Shown here: in pieces, positions 24,445 through 48,634 of the stretch
Layout: each line of letters opens with the position of its first letter
Position numbering within the stretch: the first letter of the stretch is position 1
DNA from: Macrostomum lignano
Taxonomy: Eukaryota
DNA: 64,000 nt
Direction: 5' to 3'
NCBI GenBank assembly: GCA_002269645.1
Contig: NIVC01001426.1
Location: 124,001 to 188,000 of the forward strand
Translations under genes and position numbers: made by a program
The notes under the pieces: model-generated
The model's database searches: none
Told to the model about the DNA's origin: nothing
What the model saw: the letters and a program-made list of their open reading frames with translations, nothing else

Positions 24445-25178
24445 ATTAGCTGGCGAACCCTCTGTAGCTGGCGCCCCCTTTGTAGCTGGCGCCCCCTTTG
24501 TAGCTGGCGCCCCCTCTGTAGCTGGCGCCCCCTCTGTAGCTGGCGCCCCCTCTGTAGCTGGCGCCCCCCTGTAGCTGGCGCCCCCTCTGTAGCTGGCGCC
24601 CCCTCTGTAGCTGGCGCCCCCTCTGTAGCTGGCGCCCCCTCTGTAGCTGGCGCCCCCCTGTAGCTGGCGCCCCCTCTGTAGCTGGCGCCCCCTCTGTAGC
24701 TGGCGCCCCCTCTGTAGCTGGCGCCCCCTCTGTAGCTGGCGCCCCCCTGTAGCTGGCGCCCCCTCTGTAGCTGGCGCCCCCCTGTAGCTGGCGACCCCTC
24801 TGTAGCTGGCGCCCCCTCTGTAGCTGGCGCCCACACTGTAGCTGGCGCCCCCTCTGTAGCTGGCGCCCCCTCTGTAGCTGGCGCCCCCTCTGTAGCTGGC
24901 GCCCACTTTGTAGCTGGCGCCCACACTGTAGCTGGCGCCCCCTCTGTAGCTGGCGCCCCCTCTGTAGCTGGCGCCCACTTTGTAGCTGGCGCCCACACTG
25001 TAGCTGGCGCCCCCTCTGTAGCTGGCGCCCCCTCTGTAGCTGGCGCCCACTTTGTAGCTGGCGCCCACTCTGTAGCTGGCGCCCCCTCTGTAGCTGGCGC
25101 CCACTTTGTAGCTGGCGCCCACACTGTAGCTGGCGCCCCCTCTGTAGCTGGCGCCCCCTCTGTAGCTGGCGCCCCCTA
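24445..25178. repeat. 17-18-bp minisatellite (CTGTAGCTGGCGCCCCCT)
   Basis: Tandem units visible. Confidence 0.95.
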
Positions 25179-25284
25179 GAAGTTACAGCTTAATGCAGGC
25201 GCGAAAATATTCCTCAGGAAAAATACGCTCGTAAGTGAGCCATCCAATCAAAAGTCTTCTGTGTTGAATGTCAGAGACGAATAT

Positions 25285-35935
<10,651 letters not shown>

Positions 35936-36309
35936 TGCTAAACTGCACTGATTTGCTGTGATTTGTGTTGAATTTGTTGTTAGAATAGTACAAGAGCTAA
36001 ATTGAGTTGCCACGGCTCTTATATGCAATCGATTTAGACCAGGGATAATAAATTTGCATCAATAATCTGATTAAAAATGTGCAAGTTTCTCTATTGTTAC
36101 TGCGCCAGTTTTTAGTATAAGTCTGCACATTTTATGTGGTCATAAAATGGGAGAATAAAAGCTCTGGATGAGGCGAGAGTGAAGTTGCTTCAAAAGCCAT
36201 ACAATTTATGACCGCTAGAGCATCGTGGGACCGATTTAATTACAGTACTAGCGATCTGCCACAATAATGTAACAAAACTGCCTTCCTTACTGCAGGAACG
36301 TCCTGAAAA

Positions 36310-37775
36310 TCTGACACCAATTAATTCTGGCGCCCAATCTGACACCAATTAATTCTGGCGCCTATATCTGACACAATGATCTGCCACCAATTAAGTCTGG
36401 CGCCTATAACTGACACAATGATCTGACACCAATTAAGTCTGGCGCCTATATCTGACACAATGATCTGACACCAATTAACTCTGGCGCAATCTGACACAAT
36501 GATCTGACACCAATTAATTCTAGCGCCTACGTCTGACACAATGATCTGACACCAATTAATTCTAGCGCCTACGTCTGACACAATGATCTGACACCTATTA
36601 AGTCTGGCGCCTATGTCTGACACAACGATCTGACACCAATTAATTCTGGCGCCTATATTTGACACAATGATCTGACACCAATTAATTCTAGCGCCTACGT
36701 CTCACACAATGATCTGACACCTATTAAGTCTGGCGCCTATGTCTGACACAACGATCTGACACCAATTAATTCTGGCGCCTATATTTGACACAATGATCTG
36801 ACACCAATTAACTCTGGCGCCTAAATCTGACACCAATTAATTCTGGCGCCTATATCTGACACAATGATCTGACACCAATTAATTCTGGCGCCTATATCTG
36901 ACACAATGATCTGATGCCAATTAATTCTGGCGCCTATATCTGACACAATGATCTGACACCAATTAATTCTGGCGCCTATATCTGACACAATGATCTGACA
37001 CCAATTAATTCTGGCGCCTATATCTGACACAATGATCTGACACCAATTAATTCTGGCGCCTATATCTGACACAATGATCTGACACCAATTAATTCTGGCG
37101 CCTATATCTGACACAATGATCTGATGCCAATTAATTCTGGCGCCTATATCTGACACAATGATCTGACACCAATTAATTCTGGCGCCTATATCTGACACAA
37201 TGATCTGACACCAATTAATTCTAGCGCCTATATCTGACACAATGATCTGATGCCAATTAATTCTGGCGCCCAATCTGACACAATGATCTGACACCAATTA
37301 ATTATAGCGCCTATATCTGGCACAATGATCTGACATCAATTAATTATAGCGCCTATATCTGACACAATGATCTGACACCAAATAATTCTGGCGCCTATAT
37401 CTGACACAATGATCTGACATCAATTAATTATAGCGCCTATATCTGACACAATGATCTGATGCCAATTAATTCTGGCGCCCAATCTGACACAATGATCTGA
37501 CACCAATTAATTCTGGCGCCTATGTCTGACACAATGATCTGACACCAATTAATTCTGGCGCCTATATCTGACACAATGATCTGACACCAATTAATTCTGG
37601 CGCCTATATCTGACACAATGATCTGACACCAATTAATTCTGGCGCCTATATCTGACACAATGATCTGACACCAATTAACTCTGGCGCCTATATCTGACAC
37701 AATGATCTGACACCAATTAATTCTGGCGCCTATATCTGACACAATGATCTGACACCAATTAATTCTGGCGCCTAT
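36310..37775. repeat. 42-bp minisatellite (TCTGACACAATGATCTGACACCAATTAATTCTGGCGCCTATA)
   Basis: Visible. Confidence 0.95.
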
Positions 37776-38824
37776 CTCTACACGCAGCTCACCAGTATGA
37801 TGCCTGGGTGACGCAAGACTTGTAGGCAATCGGAAACGATTAGAAAAAGTTGCCGAGTTGCCAGGCACAGTGAGCTGGTTTTGCACTGCATCTTTCTGAT
37901 GCCTATGAGTTGCCATTTCAATTTGCTTTCACGTGAGCTTTACAGAAAATTAAAAAACGAATCCAATGGTTGTAGCTTAAAAAAAGCAAAATCCCAAAGA
38001 CTTGCAAAAGACAAGCGAGCAGACCTCACAATGGCCCGGCCCTAGTAATTCTACCCCTCTTTTTATACAGTTTTAAGAATATTTTTTCAGCCCAAAACAA
38101 TGCGATGCACGCGGGACTATAGCCCAGGTGGGTTGTATAAAATTTCTTTCTTCAGTTGGCAACAGCAAGGCTTAGCGTGTGTGGCAATTGTTGTGTAAGG
38201 AAGAAGCGTGTATAGGATCAATATTTGAACAGGGAAAGAGGGGCCTGTCCCTCTCGCCCTCCCACCTCTGCAAGCGCAGCGTAGGCAGGACAATACCTTG
38301 AAGCCACGCTGCTACATGTATATGGCAAGAAGAAAATGAGGACCCAGCATTAATGCAGTGTGTGCAGTCAGCAGTTAGCTAATTGCTTCAAGGTAATGGC
38401 CAGCATCTTCTTCTGTTCGTGTAGTTAAATAGCCCCTCAAGCTAACAGAGGCGGGCCAAAGTCAGTTTCCGTTGCTTGTAAGGAAGACCAAGCTGTAAGG
38501 AGGACATGAGGCGACAATACAATGGAACCTGCCTGTTGAATGAGATGAATTCTGGTTAGAGCCTGTTAAGTACTTTAATAGCCGGAAGCTTGACTGCCTG
38601 ACAAAGTAACAAGGTGATGATGGCTACCATGCAGCTACCTGCATAACTATTCGCAGAACTCAGAAGGGCAGTGGGCACCTTTAGGCGACATCATCCTACA
38701 ACCATGGCGCTGAGACAATTCTGCCCATTTGCTGACTCCTGAGACCTGAACACACAACATTCCCAGTGGTATTGCAACCATAAACTAAATCCATTTTGTT
38801 TGTTTGGTAAATTCTCGAGTATAT

Positions 38825-39611
38825 CAGGGGCGTCGCCATGGATTTTATGGTGTAGGGGGGGGGACCAAGCCAAGAATTCAACATGTACATGACTAAATTC
38901 CTACATTTCCATTATTTTGAGAATCGTGTTGTTAACGATCATTTTGACGCCACAGGCACTCATTTTGGCGCCGCAGGCACTCATTTTAGCGCCGCAGGCA
39001 ATCATTTTGGCGCCGCAGGCACTCATTTTAGCGCCGCAGGCACTCATTTTAGCGCCGCAGGCACTCATTTTAGCGCCGCAGACACTCATTTTAGCGCCGC
39101 AGGCACTCATTTTAGCGCCGCAGGCAATCATTTTGGCGCCGCAGGCACTCATTTTAGCGCCACAGGCACTCATTTTAGCGCCACAGGCACTCATTTTAGC
39201 GCCGCAGGCACTCATTTTAGCGCCGCAGACACTCATTTTAGCGCCGCAGGCACTCATTTTAGCGCCGCAGGCAATCATTTTGGCGCCGCAGGCACTCATT
39301 TTAGCGCCACAGGCACTCATTTTAGCGCCACAGGCACTCATTTTAGCGCCGCAGGCACTCATTTTAGCGCCGCAGGCACTCATTTTAGCGCCGCAGGCAC
39401 TCATTTTAGCGCCGCAGTCAATCATGTTGACGCCGCAGGCAATCATTTTAGCGCCGTAGGAGCTACGAGTATATTAGGGCGCCCTGAAGAAACATTATTG
39501 ATTACCACAACGGGTCACAAGTTGGGGTAGGGGGACAGAGCAGTGACATGTCTCCCATAGCTTTTACTGGGAGGACATGCCCCCCTGTCCCTCCCGTTGG
39601 CAACGCGCCTG
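38825..39611. mobile_element. Non-autonomous DNA transposon (MITE, possibly hAT-type) with an internal 21-bp minisatellite (~38945-39455)
   Basis: Imperfect TIRs CAGGGGCGTCGCCAT / reverse complement CAGGCGCGTTGCCAA; flanks CGAGTATAT and CGAGTTATA resemble a decayed 8-9-bp TSD; second copy at 3.85-4.22 kb. Confidence 0.65.
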
Positions 39612-40084
39612 CGAGTTATAATGCCTCAACAAATAAAAAAACAAAAAGCCGGTATTTTGTTACATTTAAAGGTTACTAGCACAAAAAACAGCAATTGAAT
39701 TCTTTTATATATTTTTACTACTCATAGTAGTTGAACAGTTAGGTCTTCGACTAAGTTGAATAAGGAAGACGAAAGGTTTAAATAAATATATAGCAACAGT
39801 TCTATAGATGCCAAATTCGTTGCCTTAAATTTCATATTTTAAACAGCTATTATATTAAATGTAAGTTAAACAAAAGAAATAATTAATTTTTAAACTAACT
39901 TTCAACTTTCAAAATATACGACTGAAATTTCATGCAGAAGAGACGATTGCAAGATAAATAATTGTTGACAAAATTGCTTTTCATTTTCAATTTTTAAAGC
40001 TGCTAAACATTAACAAATAATTCAACTTATGGCTTGATCCATTAATGGCTGATCTATTCATTGGTCATTTTCTAAAACAGGGCA

Positions 40085-42690
40085 TAGATTAGCAATCCAT
40101 TCTGTTCCATAAGACACTAAAAAGATTAGCAATCCATTCTATTCCTCAAGACACCAAATAGATTAGCAATCCATTCTATTCCTCAAGACACCAAATAGAT
40201 TAGCAATCCATTCTATTCCTCAAGACACCAAATAGATTAGCAATCCATTTTGTTCCTTAAGACACCAAATAGATTAGCAATCCATTTTGTTCCTTAAGAC
40301 ACCAAATAGATTAGCAATCCATTCTATTCCTCAAGACACCAAATAGATTAGCAATCCATTCTATTCCTCAAGACACCAAATAGATTAGCAATCCATTCTA
40401 TTCCTCAAGACACCAAATAGATTAGCAATCCATTCTATTCCTCAAGACACCAAATAGATTAGCAATCCATTCTATTCCTCAAGACACCAAATAGATTAGC
40501 AATCCATTCTATTCCTCAAGACACCAAATAGATTAGCAATCCATTCTATTCCTTAAGACACCAAATAGATTAGCAATCCATTCTGTTCCATAAGACACCA
40601 AATAGATTAGCAATCCATTCTGTTCCTTAAGACACCAAATAGATTAGCAATCCATTCTATTCCTTAAGACACCAAATAGATTAGCAATCCATTCTATTCC
40701 TCAAGACACCAAATAGATTAGCAATCCATTCTGTTCCTTAAGACACCAAATAGATTAGCAATCCATTCTGTTCCATAAGACACTAAATAGATTAGCAATC
40801 CCTTCTGTTCCTTAAGACACTAAATAGATTAGCAATCCCTTCTGTTCCATAAGACACCAAATAGATTAGCAATCCATTCTGTTCCTTAAGACACCAAATA
40901 GATTAGCAATCCATTCTATTCCTTAAGACACCAAATAGATTAGCAATCCATTCTATTCCTCAAGACACCAAATAGATTAGCAATCCATTCTGTTCCTTAA
41001 GACACCAAATAGATTAGCAATCCATTCTGTTCCTTAAGACACTAAATAGATTAGCAATCCCTTCTGTTCCATAAGACACTAAATAGATTAGCAATCCATT
41101 CTATTCCTCAAGACACCAAATAGATTAGCAATCCATTCTGTTCCTTAAGACACCAAATAGATTAGCAATCCATTCTGTTCCATAAGACACTAAATAGATT
41201 AGCAATCCCTTCTGTTCCATAAGACACTAAATAGATTAGCAATCCATTCTATTCCTTAAGACACCAAATAGATTAGCAATCCATTCTATTCCTCAAGACA
41301 CCAAATAGATTAGCAATCCATTCTGTTCCTTAAGACACCAAATAGATTAGCAATCCATTCTGTTCCTTAAGACACCAAATAGATTAGCAATCCATTCTGT
41401 TCCTTAAGACACTAAATAGATTAGCAATCCCTTCTGTTCCATAAGACACTAAATAGATTAGCAATCCATTCTATTCCTCAAGACACCAAATAGATTAGCA
41501 ATCCATTCTGTTCCATAAGACACTAAATAGATTAGCAATCCATTCTATTCCTTAAGACACCAAATAGATTAGCAATCCATTCTATTCCTTAAGACACCAA
41601 ATAGATTAGCAATCCATTCTATTCCTCAAGACACCAAATAGATTAGCAATCCATTCTGTTCCTTAAGACACTAAATAGATTAGCAATCCATTCTATTCCT
41701 TAAGACACTAAATAGATTAGCAATCCCTTCTGTTCCATAAGACACTAAATAGATTAGCAATCCATTCTATTCCTTAAGACACCAAATAGATTAGCAATCC
41801 ATTCTATTCCTCAAGACACCAAATAGATTAGCAATCCATTTTGTTCCTTAAGACACTAAATAGATTAGCAATCCATTCTATTCCTTAAGACACCAAATAG
41901 ATTAGCAATCCATTCTGTTCCTCAAGACACCAAATAGATTAGCAATCCATTCTATTCCTTAAGACACCAAATAGATTAGCAATCCATTCTATTCCTCAAG
42001 ACACCAAATAGATTAGCAATCCATTCTATTCCTCAAGACACCAAATAGATTAGCAATCCATTCTGTTCCTTAAGACACCAAATAGATTAGCAATCCATTC
42101 TGTTCCTTAAGACACCAAATAGATTAGCAATCCATTCTGTTCCTCAAGACACCAAATAGATTAGCAATCCATTCTATTCCTCAAGACACCAAATAGATTA
42201 GCAATCCATTCTGTTCCTTAAGACACCAAATAGATTAGCAATCCATTCTATTCCTCAAGACACCAAATAGATTAGCAATCCATTCTATTCCTCAAGACAC
42301 CAAATAGATTAGCAATCCATTCTATTCCTCAAGACACCAGATAGATTAGCAATCCATTCTATTCCTCAAGACACCAAATAGATTAGCAATCCATTCTATT
42401 CCTCAAGACACCAGATAGATTAGCAATCCATTCTGTTCCTTAAGACACCAGATAGATTAGCAATCCATTCTATTCCTCAAGACACCAAATAGATTAGCAA
42501 TCCATTCTATTCCTTAAGACACCAAATAGATTAGCAATCCATTCTATTCCTCAAGACACCAGATAGATTAGCAATCCATTCTGTTCCTTAAGACACCAAA
42601 TAGATTAGCAATCCATTCTATTCCTTAAGACACTAAATAGATTAGCAATCCATTCTATTCCTTAAGACACCAAATAGATTAGCAATCCAA
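40085..42690. repeat. 37-bp minisatellite (AAGACACCAAATAGATTAGCAATCCATTCTATTCCTC), ~70 units
   Basis: Visible; period checked at 40321/40358. Confidence 0.96.
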
Positions 42691-42754
42691 ACACAATAAA
42701 GTCACTGACAGGCCTGTTGCCATGGTTACGCACACAAACCACATATATAGCAAG

Positions 42755-44020
42755 TCACTTAGCCGTTAAATCCGCAACAAATTTAGAAAACGGCTCGGCA
42801 GAATTTAGTTTAGCCAGAAATCTCTTTGAAGCAGCTGCTAAATTGCCGTTAGTGCTACTACTAGCAGTAGCAGCTGATGAGTGGCACTGCAGCACTGACC
42901 AGGCCAGCAGCTGACCAAGGCTTGACTGTTTCGAATCCTCATTCTTGGCCAAAAGTTCGGCCATCAGCTGCTCGGACACTCGCCTACCAGTCTGCAGATG
43001 GTCAGCCAGATCCAGCAGATGCTGATCAACTGGCAGCTTCTGCTTGACAACCAAATTGATAGATTGCAGAGCCAGCAACTCTCCTAGTAGAGGCTGGCCA
43101 GAAAAAGCATTATTAATTAGACAGCAATCGTTATTGAAAGTTTTATCGCTAGTTGACCAGATTAGATCCAAGCAGATGTCTGCCGACATACGCCTAGGCG
43201 GATTAGCCAATGAGAGCCGATGGATTAAACGATTAACAGCCGGAGAAGCTGGCCGAGCGGCCGAACCGTTCAGAACCCGGCCGTGACTGGTCAGGTAAAC
43301 CGAGATACCTTGACGAGACCGGAGCAGCTCTACTAATAGTAGTACAGCCAATGGCGGGCGGCTGGTGGAGCAGTGCAATGCCAAACTGACTGGCGCTGCA
43401 GATGGGGCATGGGATGCTGGAACTGATGATGCAGCTGCTGGCTTGAACAGTTCCGGCTTCTGCGGCGGCGTCTTACTGTAAAAAATATTGAAATCTCTAT
43501 AAGCTTTATCATACACTACTTATTTACTAAGTAGCTTAAAAATCCTTTTTGCTGAGGCAATTCTGTTGGATCCGCTGACTCCTGAGCCACACGTCAACCC
43601 TCCTTAATAAACAAATCTTCAAGAATGCATGACCCAGGCAAACTAGATTTTAAATAAATCCCTCATTTTTAAGCACTTCGTGATAACATAACAACGCGGC
43701 CATTATTTACGATCTAGCTACCTGGAAACAGACTGAATTACAGTCGATTTCACAGCCGCAACAGGCACAGGTTCAACCTCAGCCACACCTGCAGTAGCAG
43801 CCGATAAGAAGTTCCTAACCCTGATCAAAGTTGCCAGGTCGCCACGGAGTCGTTCCAAATAGCAGATATTGATTTCGGTTGCAGCAAATGTGCTGGCATC
43901 GAGTTCAGCTGATTCGGATTCAACTGAAACCAAATTAGGCGCAGTGTACATGCAGGTTGGCAGACTGGCGATTTTCTTGCCCGAGTCAACAAAAGGATGG
44001 CAGGTGTACATGCTGCTCAT
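42755..44020 (-). CDS. AIMP2: Aminoacyl-tRNA synthetase complex scaffold AIMP2/p38, 339 aa; exons 44020-43722, 43475-42755
   Basis: MSSMY.CHPF...LPTCMYTAPNL (human MPMYQVKPY...LPTCMYRLPNV), PPLAVLLLVELL, LDLIWS, LLAWSVLQ, AEPFS match AIMP2 motifs; phase-2 GT-AG intron keeps frame. Confidence 0.75.
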
Positions 44021-44182
44021 TTTCTGTTTGTGATTGCGCTTAAATTTTTAAAATGTATTGGAGACCGGAAAGTGCAGCATGAATTTAAATTCAAAATTGT
44101 GGAATAGTAGACATGAAATACTGAAGATTTTTCAAATAAAATATAGATCAGCAAATCTAATCTATTTATAAAATAACAGCGG

Positions 44183-44985
44183 TAGATTAGCAATCCATTC
44201 TATTCCTACAGACCAGAGATAGATTAGCAATCCATTCTATTCCTACAGACCACAGATAGATTAGCAATCCATTCTATTCATACAGACAAGAGATAGATTA
44301 GCAATCCATTCTATCCCTACAGACCACAGATAGATTAGCAATCCATTCTATTCATACAGACAAGAGATAGATTAGCAATCCATTCTATTCATACAGAGCA
44401 GAGATAGATTAGCAATCCATTCTATTCATACAGACAAGAGATAGATTAGCAATCCATTCTATCCCTACAGACCAGAGATAGATTAGCAATCCATTCTATT
44501 CCTACAGACCAGAGATAGATTAGCAATCCATTCTATTCCTACAGACCAGAGATAGATTAGCAATCCATTCTATTCATACAGACAAGAGATAGATTAGCAA
44601 TCTAATCTATTCATACAGACCACAGATAGATTAGCAATCCATTTTATTCCTACAGAGCAGAGATAGATTAGCAATCCATTCTATTCATACAGACCACAGA
44701 TAGATTAGCAATCCATTCTATTCCTACAGAGCAGAGATAGATTAGCAATCCATTCTATTCATACAGACCACAGATAGATTAGCAATCCATTCTATTCATA
44801 CAGACCACAGATAGATTAGCAATCCATTCTATTCCTACAGACCACAGATAGATTAGCAATCCATTCTTTTCCTACAGACCACAGATAGATTAGCAATCCA
44901 TTCTATTCATACAGACCACAGATAGATTAGCAATCCATTCTATTCCTACAGACCAGAGATAGATTAGCAATCCATTCTATTCCTG
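44183..44985. repeat. 37-bp minisatellite, sister family of the 40.1-42.7 kb array
   Basis: Shared core TAGATTAGCAATCCATTCTATTC; period 37. Confidence 0.95.
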
Positions 44986-45750
44986 ATTTTTTAAACTTAC
45001 CGGAAAAATGAGCATTGCTTTAAATCAGGCAATCCTTTAAATGAGCACTGCAAATAAGCTGAAAAAATCTGTCACAGAATACACCTGTGCTAGATAATAG
45101 TTTAATATACAGCCTGCCAAATACTTTCCATAAATTCCATACTATACACTCACAGAAAGTAAATTCACAGTCAATACAAAACCTGAACTCTTAGTAGATT
45201 ATAAACTGATGCCTATGCAAACAGATACTGCAAGTTTTTAGCAGTAATATAATATATTATATTATATAACTTAAACTAAGACAAACTGGTCGAATAAAAA
45301 AACTTCAAGACCCTCTTTTTCTTGAGAGCGCGTAGAAATGCAAAACTCGTTTGTATTTTGTATTGTCAAACAGTTTCAAAACAGCACGTTTTATGTACAA
45401 CCTCGGCCATTAAATTGTGAGCATGCATACTCACTCGTATTACTTTAAGTAGTGTTGATTATGTCCGAAATTATAGATCAAGGTTGATTTTACTTGAGTT
45501 AGTTGAAAGTAATTAACCTCTACGATTCTACAACTCACATGATCGTGACGCGACTAGTTTTGATTGACTTGTTTACCAACTTGATTGGCCTCTATTATTG
45601 TCTATGGCCGAGAGTGCAGAGACAAAGTGTTACAGAGCCAACTCGAACCAGACAAAAAAATGATATCTATGAGAGATGTCCAAGGACAATCCAAGGGCCC
45701 TATTGTAAGCCCCTATACCACTGACAGAATACCTGATAACGCTGCATAAA

Positions 45751-48595
45751 TTAGTTAAAACTGCCCATAAATTCCTGTTTAATATTGATTTTAACATCGG
45801 CCCCATCCCCGGCGGCAGATTCATTGCTAGCAACAAATTCATCGTAAGCGGAATCGAATTGATGCAGCAACGACTCGGCGCTGGCGTACAGATCCCGGAG
45901 ACCTTCGGCCAGACAGTCGGCAGGTGCAACATCGTCGCTAACCGTAACAATCCTCAGGTGGATCTCTTTAGTGAGAGGATGAGGCACGCTGCATCCAGCG
46001 AAGCTGACTCGCGGATTGCGCATGAGGGTGCAGCGAAGCGCGTTGCCGAGCGTGTGATCCTCGTTGCGCAGTATAAATGTGCACTCGCGATTCGAACCCT
46101 GGACCGTTTAGAAGAGAAAAATGTGCTTGCTGGCATATATTTACAATACAGTATTTTGGTGGTTTCAAAGCAGAGGCCAGCTGAGATCAAATAGCAGAGG
46201 AGAGATAAAATAGGAGAGGAGAGATCAAATAGGAGAGGAGAGATAAAATAGGAGAGGAGAGATCAAATAGGAGAGATGAGATCAAATAGGAGAGGTGAGA
46301 TAAAATAGGAGAGGTGAGATCAAATAGGAGAGGAGAGATCAGATAGGAGAGGTGAGATCAAATAGGAGAGGAGAGATCAGATAGGAGAGGAGAGATCAAA
46401 TAGGAGAGGAGAGATAAAATAGGAGAGGTGAGATCAAATAGGAGAGGTGAGATCAGATAGGACAGGAGATATCAAATAGGAGAGGTGAGATCGAATAGGA
46501 GAGGTGAGATCAGATAGGAGAGGAGATATCAAATAGGAGAGGTGAGATCAGATAGGAGAGGAGAGATCAAATAGGAGAGGAGAGATCAAATAGGAGAGGT
46601 GAGATCAGATAGGAGAGGTGAGATCAAATAGGAGAGGTCAGATCAGATAGGAGAGGTGAGATCAAATAGGAGAGGAGAGATCAAATAGGAGAGGAGAGAT
46701 CAAATAGGAGAGGTGAGATCAGATAGGAGAGGAGAGATCAAATAGGAGAGGAGAGATCAAATAGGAGAGGTGAGATCAGATAGGAGAGGTGAGATCAAAT
46801 AGGAGAGGTCAGATCAGATAGGAGAGGTGAGATCAAATAGGAGAGGAGAGATCAAATAGGAGAGGAGAGATCAGATAGGAGAGGTGAGATCAAATAGGAG
46901 AGGTGAGATCAGATAGGAGAGGTGAGATCAAATAGGAGAGGTGAGATCAAATAGGAGAGGTGAGATCCGATAGGAGAGGAGAGATCAAATAGGAGAGGAG
47001 AGATCAAATAGGAGAGGAGATATCAAATAGGAGAGGAGAGATCAAATAGGAGAGGTGAGATCAGATAGGAGAGGAGAGATTAAATAGGAGAGGAGAGATC
47101 AAATAGGAGAGGTGAGATCAGATAGGAGAGGTGAGATCAAATAGGAGAGGTGAGATCAGATAGGAGAGGTGAGATCAGATAGGAGAGGAGAGATCAGATA
47201 GGAGAGGAGAGATCAAAAAGAAGAGATGAGATCAAATAGGAGAGGTGAGATCAGATAGGATAGGTGAGATCAAATAGGAGAGGAGAGATCAGATAGGAGA
47301 GGTGAGATCAGATAGGAGAGGAGAGATCAAATAGGAGAGGTGAGATCAAATAGGAGAGGAGAGATCAAATAGGAGAGGTGAGATCAAATAGGAGAGGAGA
47401 GATCAAATAGGAGAGGAGAGATCAAATAGGAGAGGTGAGATCAAATAGGAGAGGAGAGATCAAATAGGAGAGGTGAGATCAAATAGGAGAGGAGAGATCA
47501 AATAGGAGAGGAGAGATCAAATAGGAGAGGTGAGATCAAATAGGAGAGGTGAAATCAAATAGGAGAGGAGAGATCAAATAGGAGAGGAGAGATCAAATAG
47601 GAGAGGAGAGATCAAATAGGAGAGGTGAGAAGAAGAGAACAGAATGAGAGAAGAGAGGAGAGAGGAGCGGGGAGGAGAGATGAGAGGAGAGAGGAGCGGG
47701 GAGGAGAGATGAGAGGAGAGAGGAGCGGGGAGGAGAGATGAGAGGAGAGAGGAGCGGGGAGGAGAGATGAGAGGAGAGAGGAGCGGGGAGGAGAGATGAG
47801 AGGAGAGAGGAGCGGGGAGGAGAGATGAGAGGAGAGAGGAGCGGGGAGGAGAGATGAGAGGAGAGAGGAGCGGGGAGGAGAGATGAGAGGAGAGAGGAGC
47901 GGGGAGGAGAGATGAGAGGAGAGAGGAGCGGGGAGGAGAGATGAGAGGAGAGAGGAGCGGGGAGGAGAGATGAGAGGAGAGAGGAGCGGGGAGGAGAGAT
48001 GAGAGGAGAAAGGAGCGGGGAGGAGAGATGAGAAGAGAGAAAAAGAGTAATGGAGAGATAGGAGTAGAGGAGAGAGGAATGGAGAGGAGAGGAGGAGAGG
48101 AGAGAGCTCAGAAAAAGCACAAACATTGAGCGAACTGGATTGCTATTGTGAAGTTATAAAGGACACGAGGGCCGGATAGAGAGGCTTTGCGGGCCGCATG
48201 TGGTCAGCGGGCCGGAGGTTGCCGACCCCTGTTTTATTATGAAGCAACTATGAGTTAGTAGTAAGTTAAGCGCCAACACTTGGACGACTATATTTAACGA
48301 TTATGCAAGTCACGTGACGCCTAGTGACTCAACAGTCGCGTCTCTATTGCACTATTTTGTCATCACAAACCTAAATCAATGCCATCAAAGAATGCCGTTG
48401 TTATTACGGCAACGACCTCATTTTTCAAAACAATCAAAGCAAACTCACCTGCACAGGTATAGCCTCTAATTCTTTCGTAGCTTCATCCTCTAAGCTAGCA
48501 GCACCGGCTGTTTCTTCGGCAGATGAAGCCGCTTTAGCAGCTGCCATCTCCGACTCCAGGATGTCTGCGCTGACTCCTTCCTCTGTGGTGGACAT
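45751..48595 (-). CDS. POLR1D: RNA polymerase I/III shared subunit RPAC2 (AC19), 164 aa; exons 48595-48449, 46098-45751
   Basis: CTFILRNEDHTLGNALRCTLMRNPRVSFAGCSVPHPLTKEIHLRIVT (RNA_pol_L family, closer to AC19 than RPB11); phase-0 intron. Confidence 0.88.
46195..48110. repeat. Purine-rich satellites in the POLR1D intron: 19-bp (ATAGGAGAGGTGAGATCAA) to ~47620, then 29-bp (GAGAGGAGAGAGGAGCGGGGAGGAGAGAT)
   Basis: Visible. Confidence 0.95.
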
Positions 48596-48634
48596 TGCTG
48601 GCTTCAATGCAGCACTGCTGGAAGAGGATTAATC

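Noticed and set aside
43530-43645. Extra AIMP2 exon
   Set aside because: In-frame stop; direct 43722-43475 splicing keeps frame
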